A model generated the notes under the pieces. It was not told where the DNA came from. It did no database searches and worked only from the letters and a program-made list of their open reading frames with translations. From positions 1 to 44,171 of the IMG/VR virus record IMGVR_UViG_3300010214_000004: a DNA stretch of 44,171 nt; one strand, 5' to 3'. Made by a program: the position numbers and the translations under genes. Below are positions 17,245 to 27,252 of the stretch, piece by piece (positions within the stretch are counted from its first letter, which is position 1; the number at the start of each line of letters is the position of its first letter). This DNA is from a virus (Duplodnaviria; Caudoviricetes).

Positions 17245-18300
17245 ATGGCAAACGGATGGGCAAGGCTTGGCGAGGCGCTGGCGGGGGTTACCCCGGCCAA
17301 GCGTGCCGACATCGAGGCTCGCACGATGGGTCAGCTTGCGCAGCGCGACCGATCGGTTGCGCAGGCGCGCATGGAGATGGAGAAGGCCAAGCACTTCAGT
17401 CAAGACAGCTTGGGCAGCTACTTCCTTGACGTTGGCAGTGAAGATCCAGAGGTGGTTGCGCGAGCAAAGGCTGGCATCGCGCTATCGGGCATCAACTACA
17501 ACACGCTGGAGGGAGGCTCTGCAAAACTCCAGGAGCAGCGCTTCCGTCAAGCTGCCCGCGATGCGGCTGTCGAAGGCGACCACGGACGCGCTAATAATGA
17601 ATTGTGGGGCATTGCGCCCGGACCTATCGAACTCCCGAAGGTCACCGGCGGCATGCTGCTTTCCAACCGCCTGATCCCCGGCGGCGGGGATGTGACGGTG
17701 ACGCCGATCGGGCAGTCCGTGATCGACCGCAATGCGGCGCAGGGGCAAGCTGCGATGGTGCGCGCCAACCGGCCGGCGGCGTCTGGCGGCGGTCGTGCCG
17801 GCTCGCCGAAGCTGTCCGAGATCGAGAAGATGCGCCTGCAGTCCGAGTTGAAGGCGCTGGAGCCTCAGTTGCAGGCTGCGCTGGACGAAGTGGCGCGCAA
17901 CCAGGGCGCGACCGCTGGTCCGGGTGTGCGCAAACTGGCCGATGCTCAGGCGCGCGTCGCGGAGATTCAGGCCGCGCAGCAGGCCATCTTCGACAAGTAC
18001 GAGGGCGGTATGGCCGCGCCGGTCGAGACCGACACCACGCCGAACGAGCCTGACGACGGCATCCCGGTCGTGGACAGCGGCCGGTCGCTTGGGCAGGCGA
18101 TGGCTGGCGACGTCTACTATCAGAAGCCAGGAGGCGGTCAGGCGCGCGCGCCTGATGACCCCGTGGCATTGCGCCGGCAAGCAGACGCCATCGCCCAAAA
18201 GTTCAAGGCCGACGCCCAGAGGGCTATCGCCAACGGAGCGGACCCTGCTAAGGTGCAGGCACGCATGCGTGAGCTGATCCTGAAGGAAATGGGCAGGTAA
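17245..18300 (+). CDS. internal virion/ejection protein
   Basis: 351 aa helical; C-terminal AIANGADPAKV..R motif. Confidence 0.72.
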   Translation: MANGWARLGEALAGVTPAKRADIEARTMGQLAQRDRSVAQARMEMEKAKHFSQDSLGSYFLDVGSEDPEVVARAKAGIALSGINYNTLEGGSAKLQEQRFRQAARDAAVEGDHGRANNELWGIAPGPIELPKVTGGMLLSNRLIPGGGDVTVTPIGQSVIDRNAAQGQAAMVRANRPAASGGGRAGSPKLSEIEKMRLQSELKALEPQLQAALDEVARNQGATAGPGVRKLADAQARVAEIQAAQQAIFDKYEGGMAAPVETDTTPNEPDDGIPVVDSGRSLGQAMAGDVYYQKPGGGQARAPDDPVALRRQADAIAQKFKADAQRAIANGADPAKVQARMRELILKEMGR

Positions 18301-21300
18301 ATGGGCGCTTTCGATGACTTGATTCCGCCGAAGTCCAAGCCGGCCGACGGCGGGATCAATCCGCGCCTGTTCGATGCCTTTCAGGAGACGTTGGCGCCGA
18401 CGCCGGCCCCTGCTGCCCCTGCGGCCGGCGCCTTCGCCGACCTCATCCCCGCCGCCGCCGCGCCCGCCCCGGAACCCGAAGGCTTCCTCGACTCCATCGG
18501 TCGCCGCTTCCGCGAACAGCAGGAGAAGGGATTCGTGCAGTCGATGCTCGACGCCCCGGCTGACGCACTTGGCGTCAGCGAGAGCATCGCGCGCGGACTG
18601 GGCGCCGGCTACGGCAAGGCGGCCGGCGCGACGACGATGCTGGTCGGCATGCCGGTCGCTGCCGGCATCGACCTGATCCGCGGCGACAATGCAGCCACGG
18701 ACGCCGTGGGGCGCGAGGTGGACTCGTCCTACGCACTGGCTGACCGCCTCCTGCGTGGCGACCCGCGCGCTGCGAACCCCGAGAACCAACTCGGCGCTGG
18801 CGTCGGACAGGTCGGGCTGGATCTCGCTGCCGCCCTGCTGACTCGTGGCGGGTCCGCAGAGGCCAATGCCGTCGCTCAGCTGCCCGTGCGTCAAGCCATT
18901 GGCCGCGCCGCCGAACAAGCCATCGAACAGGGCGCACGTGCGTCCATCATCCCGTCCATCTCGCGTGGCTCCGACCTCAGTCGGCAGGTCATCGAGGCCG
19001 GCGGCACTACTGGCGAGGCACTGGGCGCGTTCGGCGCTGGCGGCGCAGCCAACACTGCCGCCTTTATGCTGCCTGGCGCCGCAGGCGGCCGAGTCCCGAC
19101 GCGCGTCGTCGGCGGCGCTGCTGCCGAAGTTCCTGCCGGCTACCTCCAGCAGCAGGCCGAGAACATCGCCCTGCCAGACCGCCTCGGCTTGGATCAAGAG
19201 TACAGCCTGCGCGACGCAGCGCTGGATGCGATCCTAGGCGGCGGATTGGGCGGCGTGATCGGCGACCGCGGCCCGGCGCCGCTGGCCGACCCTGACGTGG
19301 CGCGCGGCTCCCGAAGCGCTCTCGACGACAGTGCCTTCGCCGACCTGATCCCTGCCGAACCACCCATCGCCAGGAGTCCCGATGCGCCTGCTGCTCCTGC
19401 TCCTGAGCCTGTTCCCGCCGCTTCCGACGCCGCCCCGTCGGCACCCGCCGTTACTGAACCCGTGGCCCAGGCCGCCCCGGAGCCTGCGCCTGTACCGCCG
19501 GTCGAGGCAGCACCGGCGCGAGCGCCCGAGCCGATCGCGCCAACCGAAGGGCGACTTGAAGTAGACGCCGACACCGGCCGCGGCCAGTTCCGGCTGGTGG
19601 ATGAGATTGCCCCCGACGGTACAGATTATTCCGAGTTCGGGCAGGTGCGGCGCGTGACAGCCTTCGACGGCGACACGCCTGTCGGCACATTGGTCTACGG
19701 CAACGATGGCCTGCCGCCGACGGTGAACGTCGAGCCTGAGTATCAGCGCCGCGGCATCGCCACGGCGATGTACGAGCTTGCCCGGCAGCAGGGCGGCATC
19801 CTTGGAGACGCGCAGGGCGGCATCCGCGGCCGGGCAGAGCAGTATCGGACGCCGGCCGGCATGGCGTTCCGCGCTGGCGCAGACGCATCGCGCATTACGC
19901 TTGCGCCGGCACGCCCGGCAGCGGTAGAGTCGGCTGGCGCACCGCCGCCGGCAGCCACTCCCCAGGCTGAGCCCGCGCCGGCCTCCCCTCCGGTCACCAC
20001 TCCGGCGGCGGTGCGCGCTGAGCCGGCCAGCACTGCGCCGAGCCCCGAGGGGGTGATCCAGTCTGACGCGGCCCCCGCCGCGCCTGCTGTTCCGCCGCCC
20101 CCGGCCGCTGCTGGCGGGGGCGCACCAGCGCCCACCAGCACGAAGAACCGGGTCACCGCTGCCGAACGCGCCGCCGAGATGCGCGAGCCCATCCTGCGCG
20201 CCATGCGCCAGTCCAACGAGGAGACGGTCACGCGCGCCCGCGAGGCGATGGCCGACAATCCGAGCCTGGTCGCCGAGATCGCCGCCCGCGCCCCGGATGC
20301 GCCCATCAGCGCCACCGAGGAGGCTGCGCTGCTGATCGGCAAGGTGGAGGCCCGCAATCGCCGTGAGGACGCCGCCAAGGTCATCGCCGACCCGAAGGCC
20401 AGTCCCGAGCGCAAGGCAGCCGCACAGCGCGCGTGGGATGACGCTGAGGCCGAGATCAACCGCATCGACGAGGCGAACGTCGCCCGTGGCCGCGAGTGGG
20501 GCCGGCTGGGTCAGTTCCGCCAGCGGCTCATGGCCGCCGACTTCACTCTCGAAGCCATGGAGTCGAAGCTGCGCCGGGCCAAGGGCGAAGCGCTGACCAC
20601 CGAGGAGACGGCTGGCCTGAAAGCGCTGTCCGAGAAGCTGCAGGCCGCAGAGACGGACTTGGAGGCCGCCCGCGCCAAGCTCGCCGAGTACGAACAAACC
20701 GTGATCGTGCGCGAGACCATCGAGCAGGCGGTTCGTGCCGCCACGGCCCAGATGCGGGGAGCGGCTCGGTCTGGAAAGTCGAAGCTGGAGATCCTGAAAG
20801 AACGCGCCGACGCCGCCCGCAAGCGCCTGGCTGCCGCCGAGTCTGTGCCCAGCAAGCGCGGGCAGTCCGGCGCCGTGACTAACCCGGTGGCGATGCTGGC
20901 CGACGTGATCGACATCGGCGCCTGGCACGTTGCCAACGGCGCCGTGAAGCTGGCTGATTGGGTGAAGGCGATGACGGCCGATCTCGGCTCCCGGTTCACC
21001 GCCCTGCAAGACCGCTGGCCTGACCTGTTCGCCGCTGCCAAGCGCGCCAACGTCCCGGCGAAACCCGACGCACCGACCACCGCCGAGGTGCTGGCGACGA
21101 TAGACCTGGCCAACGTCACCCGCGAGGACGTCCGCGACCTCGTGATGGCCCGTATCCGTGCCGGTGAGCGCCAGGCCGACGCGATCATGAAGGCGGTCAC
21201 CGCTGACGTGCAGACCGTCGCGCCCGAGGCTACCGAGGCCGACGTTCGCCAGTTGTTCGCCGACTACGGCAAGCGCGCCAGCCCGACGCGGGATGCCGAC

Positions 21301-23745
21301 AAGCAAACCCTGCGCGACCTGCGCACCGTCGTGCGGCTGGAGAAGGACATCGCCGACGCTGAGGCTGGGCTGCCGCGCAAGACGCCGGTCGCCCGTCAGC
21401 GCGCATCGGAGGAGATCCGCCAGCTTCGCGCCCGCCTGTCGGAGCTGCTGAAGCAGGCGACGCGCCGTGCGCGGACGCCGGAGGCTGAGGCTGTCCTGCT
21501 GGCGAAGCGTCGGGAGGTACTGGAGAAGCAGATTGCGGACCTGGAGGACATGATCGCCACCGGCCGGCGACCGGCCAAGCGCGAGCGTCCCGACGAACGG
21601 CAGCCTGAACTGGCCGCCCGCCGTGACGAACTCCAGCGCGAGATCCGCCGAATCGACACCGCCATGCGTCCTCGCCGCTCGCCGGATGAGGTGTACCAGC
21701 AGCGCCGCAGCACGTCGATCGCCAGCGAGATCGAGCGCGTGCAGGCTCGCATTGCGGCCGGCGACTATGCTCGCTCTCCGCGGGTGCCGAAGGCGCTGAA
21801 TGAGGCCAATCAGGAGGCGCTCTACCGACTGGAGAAGCTGCGTCAGGATTTCCGCAGCCGCCAATTCTTCGCTGAGTTGCAGCAGCGCAGTCGGTCCAAG
21901 CGCTACCTCGACAACACTGCCAGCGGCCTGAATCTGGCCCGCGCCGTGATGACCAGCTTCGACTTGTCGGCCCTGCTGCGTCAGGGCGGCTTCGTGGCGC
22001 TCGGACACCCTGTGCGCGCGGCTGAGTCCATCCCCGACATGCTGAAAGCGTTCGCCAGCGAGCGTGCGGCACTGAAGGTCGAGAACGACATCAAGGACCG
22101 CGATAACGCGCCGCTCTACAAGCGCGCCGGCCTGCAGATCACCGACGACTCTGGAAGCCTGTCGAAGATGGAGGAAGCGTACATGACGCGCTTCCTGAAC
22201 AAGCTGGAGCGTAAGCCTGGACAGCCGGCCCGCAACTTCGCGCGCACGGCGTTCAACGTCGCTACCGCGCCTGTTCGTGGCTCTGCCCGCGCGTACACGA
22301 CGTTCCTGAACAAGTTGCGCGCCGACAGCTTTGACGCCATGCTCGCGAGCCTGCAGCGTGGCGCAGAGCCTACTGACGCAGAGATCAAGGCGATCGCGAA
22401 CTACATCAACGTCGCCACCGGGCGCGGCAAGGTGCCGCTGATGTCCGAGTCGGCTGCCGCTGGCCTGAACACTATTTTCTTCGCGCCCAAGCTGGTCGCC
22501 AGCCGATTCCAACTCCTAGCCGGCCAGCCACTCTACGGCGGCAGCAACCGCACGCGCGCCATGATCGCGCAGGACTACGCCCGCTACCTGACAGGCGTGG
22601 CTGTGGTGTACGCACTCGGCGCCATGCTGAACGCGACACTGGACGAGGATAAGGACGACCGCCGCCCGTTCATCGAACTTGACCCTCGCAGCAGCAGCTT
22701 CGGCCGCATGCGCTTCGGAGACTGGTTCGTGGACCCTCTGTCTGGCTTGGCGCAGGTGAGCACCATTCTTGCGCGATCCATTGGCGGAGAGACGAAGACG
22801 GCATCAGGTGACGTCAAGCCGATGCGCGACAACTACCGCCTGACGAACTTGCTATATGACACTGGCGAGATGCTGGATCGGGCCGGCTTCGAGTCTCTTG
22901 CCGGGGCATTCCCGGAGGCGCCGAACTACGAGAAGATGGGCATCGCTGACCAGTCTGTCGCTGACGCCATTGGGTCGTTCATCAGGTCGAAGCTGGCGCC
23001 TGTGCCTGGCGCTGTGGTGAACACCCTGACGGCCGAGAATATGGTCGGGCAGGCAACTACTCCTACTGATGAGGCTGTTGGCCTTGTCACCCCAATGACC
23101 TTCGGCAACGTCGCTGACGCCATGCGAGACAACGGCGTCGCTGGCGGAACCGCGCTGACGATGGCAGAGGTCTTCGGAATGGGCGTCCAGTTCCGCGACC
23201 GATCCTCATTCGATGCTCCAGACTACGCTGATCTTGACTTCAAGCAGAAGCGCGACTACAGCGCCTACCTGCAGCGCACGCAGAACATGAAGCAGGATCT
23301 ACAGTCCTTGCGTGACCTCGCAAACAGCTTCCCGGAAGACGCGAGCCCTTCAGATGTGCGCGATGCTGTCCAGATGAAGGCTGAACAGCTCGGCATCGAC
23401 GGTATTGACTTGGGCCAGTATTCTCGCCGCACGACTGCACGCGACGAGCGCGGCATCCGTAAGTCAGGCCTGAAGCGTACCGAGTCTGGGAATGTCCAGC
23501 TTGAATACGACAAAGGCTCGATCACGAAAATGATGCTGGACACTGAGAAGTCAGTTAACAAGATAAACCGCGAGATGGAGGACTTCATCCGCCAGCCAAT
23601 GAGTGACGAGATGATCGACAAGAAGTATCGCGAGTACGTGTCTGGAGGGGAGGCGAACGGCGACAAGTCACTTGTGATCCGCCAGATGCGCGACCAGCGT
23701 GAGCAGGCGATCAGGCTGTTCATGGAGGCCGCCAGTGAAGATTGA
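18301..23745 (+). CDS. large ejection/polyvalent protein with internal GNAT domain
   Basis: 1814 aa; Gly/Ala-rich N-terminus; VEPEYQRRGIATAMY; long coiled coil; DPRSSSFG C-terminal region. Confidence 0.85.
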   Translation: MGAFDDLIPPKSKPADGGINPRLFDAFQETLAPTPAPAAPAAGAFADLIPAAAAPAPEPEGFLDSIGRRFREQQEKGFVQSMLDAPADALGVSESIARGLGAGYGKAAGATTMLVGMPVAAGIDLIRGDNAATDAVGREVDSSYALADRLLRGDPRAANPENQLGAGVGQVGLDLAAALLTRGGSAEANAVAQLPVRQAIGRAAEQAIEQGARASIIPSISRGSDLSRQVIEAGGTTGEALGAFGAGGAANTAAFMLPGAAGGRVPTRVVGGAAAEVPAGYLQQQAENIALPDRLGLDQEYSLRDAALDAILGGGLGGVIGDRGPAPLADPDVARGSRSALDDSAFADLIPAEPPIARSPDAPAAPAPEPVPAASDAAPSAPAVTEPVAQAAPEPAPVPPVEAAPARAPEPIAPTEGRLEVDADTGRGQFRLVDEIAPDGTDYSEFGQVRRVTAFDGDTPVGTLVYGNDGLPPTVNVEPEYQRRGIATAMYELARQQGGILGDAQGGIRGRAEQYRTPAGMAFRAGADASRITLAPARPAAVESAGAPPPAATPQAEPAPASPPVTTPAAVRAEPASTAPSPEGVIQSDAAPAAPAVPPPPAAAGGGAPAPTSTKNRVTAAERAAEMREPILRAMRQSNEETVTRAREAMADNPSLVAEIAARAPDAPISATEEAALLIGKVEARNRREDAAKVIADPKASPERKAAAQRAWDDAEAEINRIDEANVARGREWGRLGQFRQRLMAADFTLEAMESKLRRAKGEALTTEETAGLKALSEKLQAAETDLEAARAKLAEYEQTVIVRETIEQAVRAATAQMRGAARSGKSKLEILKERADAARKRLAAAESVPSKRGQSGAVTNPVAMLADVIDIGAWHVANGAVKLADWVKAMTADLGSRFTALQDRWPDLFAAAKRANVPAKPDAPTTAEVLATIDLANVTREDVRDLVMARIRAGERQADAIMKAVTADVQTVAPEATEADVRQLFADYGKRASPTRDADKQTLRDLRTVVRLEKDIADAEAGLPRKTPVARQRASEEIRQLRARLSELLKQATRRARTPEAEAVLLAKRREVLEKQIADLEDMIATGRRPAKRERPDERQPELAARRDELQREIRRIDTAMRPRRSPDEVYQQRRSTSIASEIERVQARIAAGDYARSPRVPKALNEANQEALYRLEKLRQDFRSRQFFAELQQRSRSKRYLDNTASGLNLARAVMTSFDLSALLRQGGFVALGHPVRAAESIPDMLKAFASERAALKVENDIKDRDNAPLYKRAGLQITDDSGSLSKMEEAYMTRFLNKLERKPGQPARNFARTAFNVATAPVRGSARAYTTFLNKLRADSFDAMLASLQRGAEPTDAEIKAIANYINVATGRGKVPLMSESAAAGLNTIFFAPKLVASRFQLLAGQPLYGGSNRTRAMIAQDYARYLTGVAVVYALGAMLNATLDEDKDDRRPFIELDPRSSSFGRMRFGDWFVDPLSGLAQVSTILARSIGGETKTASGDVKPMRDNYRLTNLLYDTGEMLDRAGFESLAGAFPEAPNYEKMGIADQSVADAIGSFIRSKLAPVPGAVVNTLTAENMVGQATTPTDEAVGLVTPMTFGNVADAMRDNGVAGGTALTMAEVFGMGVQFRDRSSFDAPDYADLDFKQKRDYSAYLQRTQNMKQDLQSLRDLANSFPEDASPSDVRDAVQMKAEQLGIDGIDLGQYSRRTTARDERGIRKSGLKRTESGNVQLEYDKGSITKMMLDTEKSVNKINREMEDFIRQPMSDEMIDKKYREYVSGGEANGDKSLVIRQMRDQREQAIRLFMEAASED

Positions 23746-25753
23746 AGTCCACCTCCAAGGCGGCCTGCGCAAGATCATCGACATCACGCCAGGCGCGACT
23801 GTCGGGGCCACCATTGGTCGAAACGTATTCAACGCCGATGGCACTCTTTATGTGCCTCCGTCGTCTGGCGGATCATCGCAACTGTCGATTACGTCGTGGG
23901 AACTGATCCTTAACATCCCGCCGAACGTAACTGCGCTGGCAAACACGGTAACCACTGGCCTGTATGCCATCACGGCTGCTGGAACGAGCGCCACGCGGTC
24001 TATCCAAGCGGCACCCGGCGAGACGACGGTATCAAACGGCGATGGCGTAGCGGGGAATCCTGCCGTCGGCTTGGCTGACGTAGCCGACACCGGCGCAGGC
24101 GCGCTGCGCGGAATCACTCGGGACGCGAAGGGCCGCATTAACGGCACCACGGACGCCACGATCACAGGAACCGCCGGACAGATCGATGTGTCGAACGGCG
24201 ATGCGGTAGCGGGGCCGCCGACGATCAGCCTCGCCGACGTGGCTGATGCAGGAGGCGGCACCTTCAAGCTGCTCACGCGCGACGCAAAGGGGCGGCTATC
24301 TGGCACGTCCGACGGAGACACGGACGATGTGCCGGAGGGGGCGGGGAATCTTTACTTCACCGCCGCCCGCGTGCGCGACACGCTGTTGACGGGCCTATCG
24401 CTGGCGAGTTCCGCAGTCATCTCCGCGACCGATTCGGTGCTGTCCGCGTTCGGCAAGTTGCAGGCGCAGATCACGGCTCTCGCATCCTCGCTATCAGGCT
24501 ACGTCCCCACGTCGCGCACGATCAGCACGACGGCGCCGCTCACTGGCGGCGGAAACCTGACGGCGAACCGGACGCTCGCTATCAGCGCGGCGACCACAAG
24601 CGCTGCCGGAAGCATGTCGGCCGCTGACAAGACGAAGCTCAACGGCATCGCGACCGGCGCAACCGCCTACACCGATGCGACTGCGCGCGCAGCCGTCATC
24701 GCATCCAGCATCATTAATGGCGATACCACGCACGCACCTAGCGGAGATGCGGTGTTTGATGCGCTGGGAGGGAAGGAGCCGACGATCACTGCTGGTACGA
24801 CTGGTCAGTTCTGGCGTGGCGACAAAACATTCAGCAACACGGCAACCAATCAGCAAGTGGTATCAGCCGACTTAACGACTGCGCAATGGAGCGCCGTAAA
24901 TCCGACTAACTCTAATGGCAAGATTGCAGCCTACCGCATGGCTACGGGAAGCGGCTGGGCATCCAAGGTAATTTCGATCCAAGATCAATGGGTTGCGGCT
25001 TTCGCCCTAGACAACAACAGCATCATCTTCGGACACGACGGCACCCGACTTCGAGCGAATTTCGATCATCGCGTGCAGAAGGATATTCCTGCCTACGAAA
25101 TGGTGTCTCCAGGCGCGGTCAATGGGTGGAGGTTCTTGGGAAACGTTTCCGACGCAGTTGACTTCGGATTCAACATTGAGCAATTGGTGTCAGGAACTTT
25201 CACGCCTAGGTACGCATTCAACGAGACACAGTTTTTACCGGCCGCAGATAACGCGGCAAGCTGCGGGACTCCAGGATCAAGATGGAGTGTTATATATGCC
25301 GCCACCAGCATTATTAATACTTCAGATGCCCGAGAAAAGACGAAGGTTGAGCCGCTTTCCAATGATGAACTCGCTGCGGCGAAGGAGTTGGCGAGGGAAA
25401 TAGGCACGTACCGATGGCTCTCTGCCATCGAATCAAAGGGCGATGACGCAAGACTTCACGTCGGCATTACGGTGCAGCGCGTAATCGAGATTATGGAGTC
25501 GTGTGGCCTCAGCCCATTTAAGTACGGGTTCATCTGTTACGACAAGTGGGATGAGGCTCCTGAGTTGTGGGAGGATGTGCCGGAGGGGATTGGCGAGGAT
25601 GGCAGTGTCGTCGTTACTTCTAACCGTGTGAAGCTGAGAAATGCATCCGTTTCCGGCGATCGATACAGCTTCCGAATGGATGAGCTAATTCTGTTCATCG
25701 CCCGCGGACAAGAAGAACGACTTGCGCGTCTGGAGGCGCTGCTTAACCCATGA
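23735..25753 (+). CDS. tail fibre with C-terminal peptidase S74 intramolecular chaperone
   Basis: GTG 23735 with GGAGG; repeated NGD.VAG.P..LADVAD...TRDAKGR; INTSDAREK cleavage motif; RLHVG, RYSFRMDEL. Confidence 0.9.
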   Translation: MKIEVHLQGGLRKIIDITPGATVGATIGRNVFNADGTLYVPPSSGGSSQLSITSWELILNIPPNVTALANTVTTGLYAITAAGTSATRSIQAAPGETTVSNGDGVAGNPAVGLADVADTGAGALRGITRDAKGRINGTTDATITGTAGQIDVSNGDAVAGPPTISLADVADAGGGTFKLLTRDAKGRLSGTSDGDTDDVPEGAGNLYFTAARVRDTLLTGLSLASSAVISATDSVLSAFGKLQAQITALASSLSGYVPTSRTISTTAPLTGGGNLTANRTLAISAATTSAAGSMSAADKTKLNGIATGATAYTDATARAAVIASSIINGDTTHAPSGDAVFDALGGKEPTITAGTTGQFWRGDKTFSNTATNQQVVSADLTTAQWSAVNPTNSNGKIAAYRMATGSGWASKVISIQDQWVAAFALDNNSIIFGHDGTRLRANFDHRVQKDIPAYEMVSPGAVNGWRFLGNVSDAVDFGFNIEQLVSGTFTPRYAFNETQFLPAADNAASCGTPGSRWSVIYAATSIINTSDAREKTKVEPLSNDELAAAKELAREIGTYRWLSAIESKGDDARLHVGITVQRVIEIMESCGLSPFKYGFICYDKWDEAPELWEDVPEGIGEDGSVVVTSNRVKLRNASVSGDRYSFRMDELILFIARGQEERLARLEALLNP

Positions 25754-26403
25754 ACAAGACATCTAAGATCGCCATGGCGCTAGGCGCGCCCGCCGCCGTT
25801 GCCGCCGCGCTGGACAAAGCCGTCACCCTGTACGGCATCAAGAACGTGCCGGAATTTCTGGGGCAGATGATCGTTGAGTCGCGCGACTTCACCGCCGTGG
25901 CCGAGAACATGGGCTACAGCGCGAAGCGGATGGCGGAGGTGTGGCCTGGGCGGTATGCGACGCCGGCCACGGCGAAGATGCCGGCGAAGGATAGGCTCCC
26001 GAATGCGAAGGCCGTGTCTCTCGCCCGATCAGGCCCGCAGGCCATCGCCAACGACGTCTACGGCGGCCGCATGGGCAACACAGCTCCGAACGACGGATGG
26101 CTGTTCAGGGGGCAGGGCTACAAGCAGCTCACGGGGAAGGACAACGTTCGACGGTACAGCATGGACACCTACGGCGACGACCGGGTGGTTCGCGACCCGG
26201 CGATGCTGCAACGCCTGCCGGACTCGGTGAACAGCGGCGGCTGGTACTGGAAAGTGAACGGTATCGACCGTTATGGCGACAACATCCTGGCCGTCAGCCG
26301 GGCCGTGAATCTTGGCCGCGTGAACACCAAGGTCATGCCTGTCGGGTATGATGCCAGGGTCCGCGCCACGGAGCGCGCCCGGAAGCTGTGGAGGGAGTTG
26401 TGA
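25750..26403 (+). CDS. endolysin, glycoside hydrolase family 19
   Basis: FLGQ...ES, ENMGYS, YGGRMGN, DGWLFRGQGYKQLTGKDN. Confidence 0.92.
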   Translation: MNKTSKIAMALGAPAAVAAALDKAVTLYGIKNVPEFLGQMIVESRDFTAVAENMGYSAKRMAEVWPGRYATPATAKMPAKDRLPNAKAVSLARSGPQAIANDVYGGRMGNTAPNDGWLFRGQGYKQLTGKDNVRRYSMDTYGDDRVVRDPAMLQRLPDSVNSGGWYWKVNGIDRYGDNILAVSRAVNLGRVNTKVMPVGYDARVRATERARKLWREL

Positions 26404-26405
26404 CC

Positions 26406-26717
26406 ATGGACCCAACGACCGTGATCGTGATCCTCGTGGGCGCCGTCCAAGCCCTCATGGGTATCGTGCTCGGATTCATCATCCGCGGCCAGACACGCAC
26501 CGAAGCGCGCATGGACAAGCTATCCGACGACCTGTCATCGTTCAAGGCCGAAGTGCCCGTCAGGTTCGCCAGCGACGCCGACGTGAAAAGAGTCGAGGAA
26601 GGCGTTAGCGTTCTGCGTGCCGAACTAAATTCATTTACCTTGGAACTCCGCTCGCGGCTGGATTCTCTGTCTGCTACCCTGCACGAACTCGTAGGAGCAA
26701 ACTCACGCAGGGGGTGA
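26406..26717 (+). CDS. membrane protein (holin/antiholin-like)
   Basis: One N-terminal TM helix plus coiled coil; follows endolysin. Confidence 0.65.
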   Translation: MDPTTVIVILVGAVQALMGIVLGFIIRGQTRTEARMDKLSDDLSSFKAEVPVRFASDADVKRVEEGVSVLRAELNSFTLELRSRLDSLSATLHELVGANSRRG

Positions 26718-26720
26718 GTC

Positions 26721-26978
26721 ATGGAGCCGGCAGACGACCTGGTTGAGCGGGTTTTGCGGGATGCGTTGGGCGGACGCCAGAGTGCTACGCAAACCGTCGT
26801 GGTTAAGGATGAAGGGAAGTCGCACCGGGCATGGAATGCGTTCTACCTGATGCTTGGCCTGAACGCGGCACTGCTGGCGATGTTCGTGATGCACGATCGG
26901 AAGATCGAGCGAATGCAGGATCACCTCAATGCCATCTACATGATGGCTCCGTACCTGAAACCGGAGAAGTCGCCGTGA
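26721..26978 (+). CDS. single-TM lysis-region protein
   Basis: AFYLMLGLNAALLAMFVM hydrophobic segment. Confidence 0.7.
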   Translation: MEPADDLVERVLRDALGGRQSATQTVVVKDEGKSHRAWNAFYLMLGLNAALLAMFVMHDRKIERMQDHLNAIYMMAPYLKPEKSP

Positions 26979-27139
26979 GTACCATCATCATCATCACCCC
27001 GCCGCCGACCAAGCCGAAGGTGACCCTGGAGTCGCTGGCTACCGAAGACCAGCGCAAGATCCGCGTCGAAGTAGGCGACCACGGAACCCTAGCCGACCGT
27101 CTGCGCGCCGCCGCTGACCTTCTGGACGGTGCGTCATGA
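26975..27139 (+). CDS. hypothetical 54-aa protein
   Basis: GTGA overlap, GGAG RBS; MSTIIIITPPPTKP... Confidence 0.65.
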   Translation: MSTIIIITPPPTKPKVTLESLATEDQRKIRVEVGDHGTLADRLRAAADLLDGAS

Positions 27140-27252
27140 CCGGCTGGCTGGTAGCCGCCGCCGTCACCGCACTCGCCATCTGGAAGCCCGGCCTGGCCCA
27201 GTGGGCGCACGACAAGCTCGCCAGCCTCGGGGCGGGCAGGGGCGGGCAGTGA
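27136..27252 (+). CDS. 38-aa membrane peptide (not in ORF track)
   Basis: MTGWLVAAAVTALAIWKPG...; ATGA and GTGA overlaps on both sides. Confidence 0.6.
   Translation: MTGWLVAAAVTALAIWKPGLAQWAHDKLASLGAGRGGQ

Noticed and set aside
19234-22512. 1092-aa antisense ORF, and similar ones at 17482-19197, 4928-6532, 34869-36155, 8502-9506 and 3631-4707
   Set aside because: Shadow frames of strongly GC3-biased genes; no RBS, motifs or operon context
23735-25753. Diversity-generating retroelement acting on the tail fibre
   Set aside because: No reverse transcriptase and no TR/VR pair seen; the internal repeat is a diverged protein repeat
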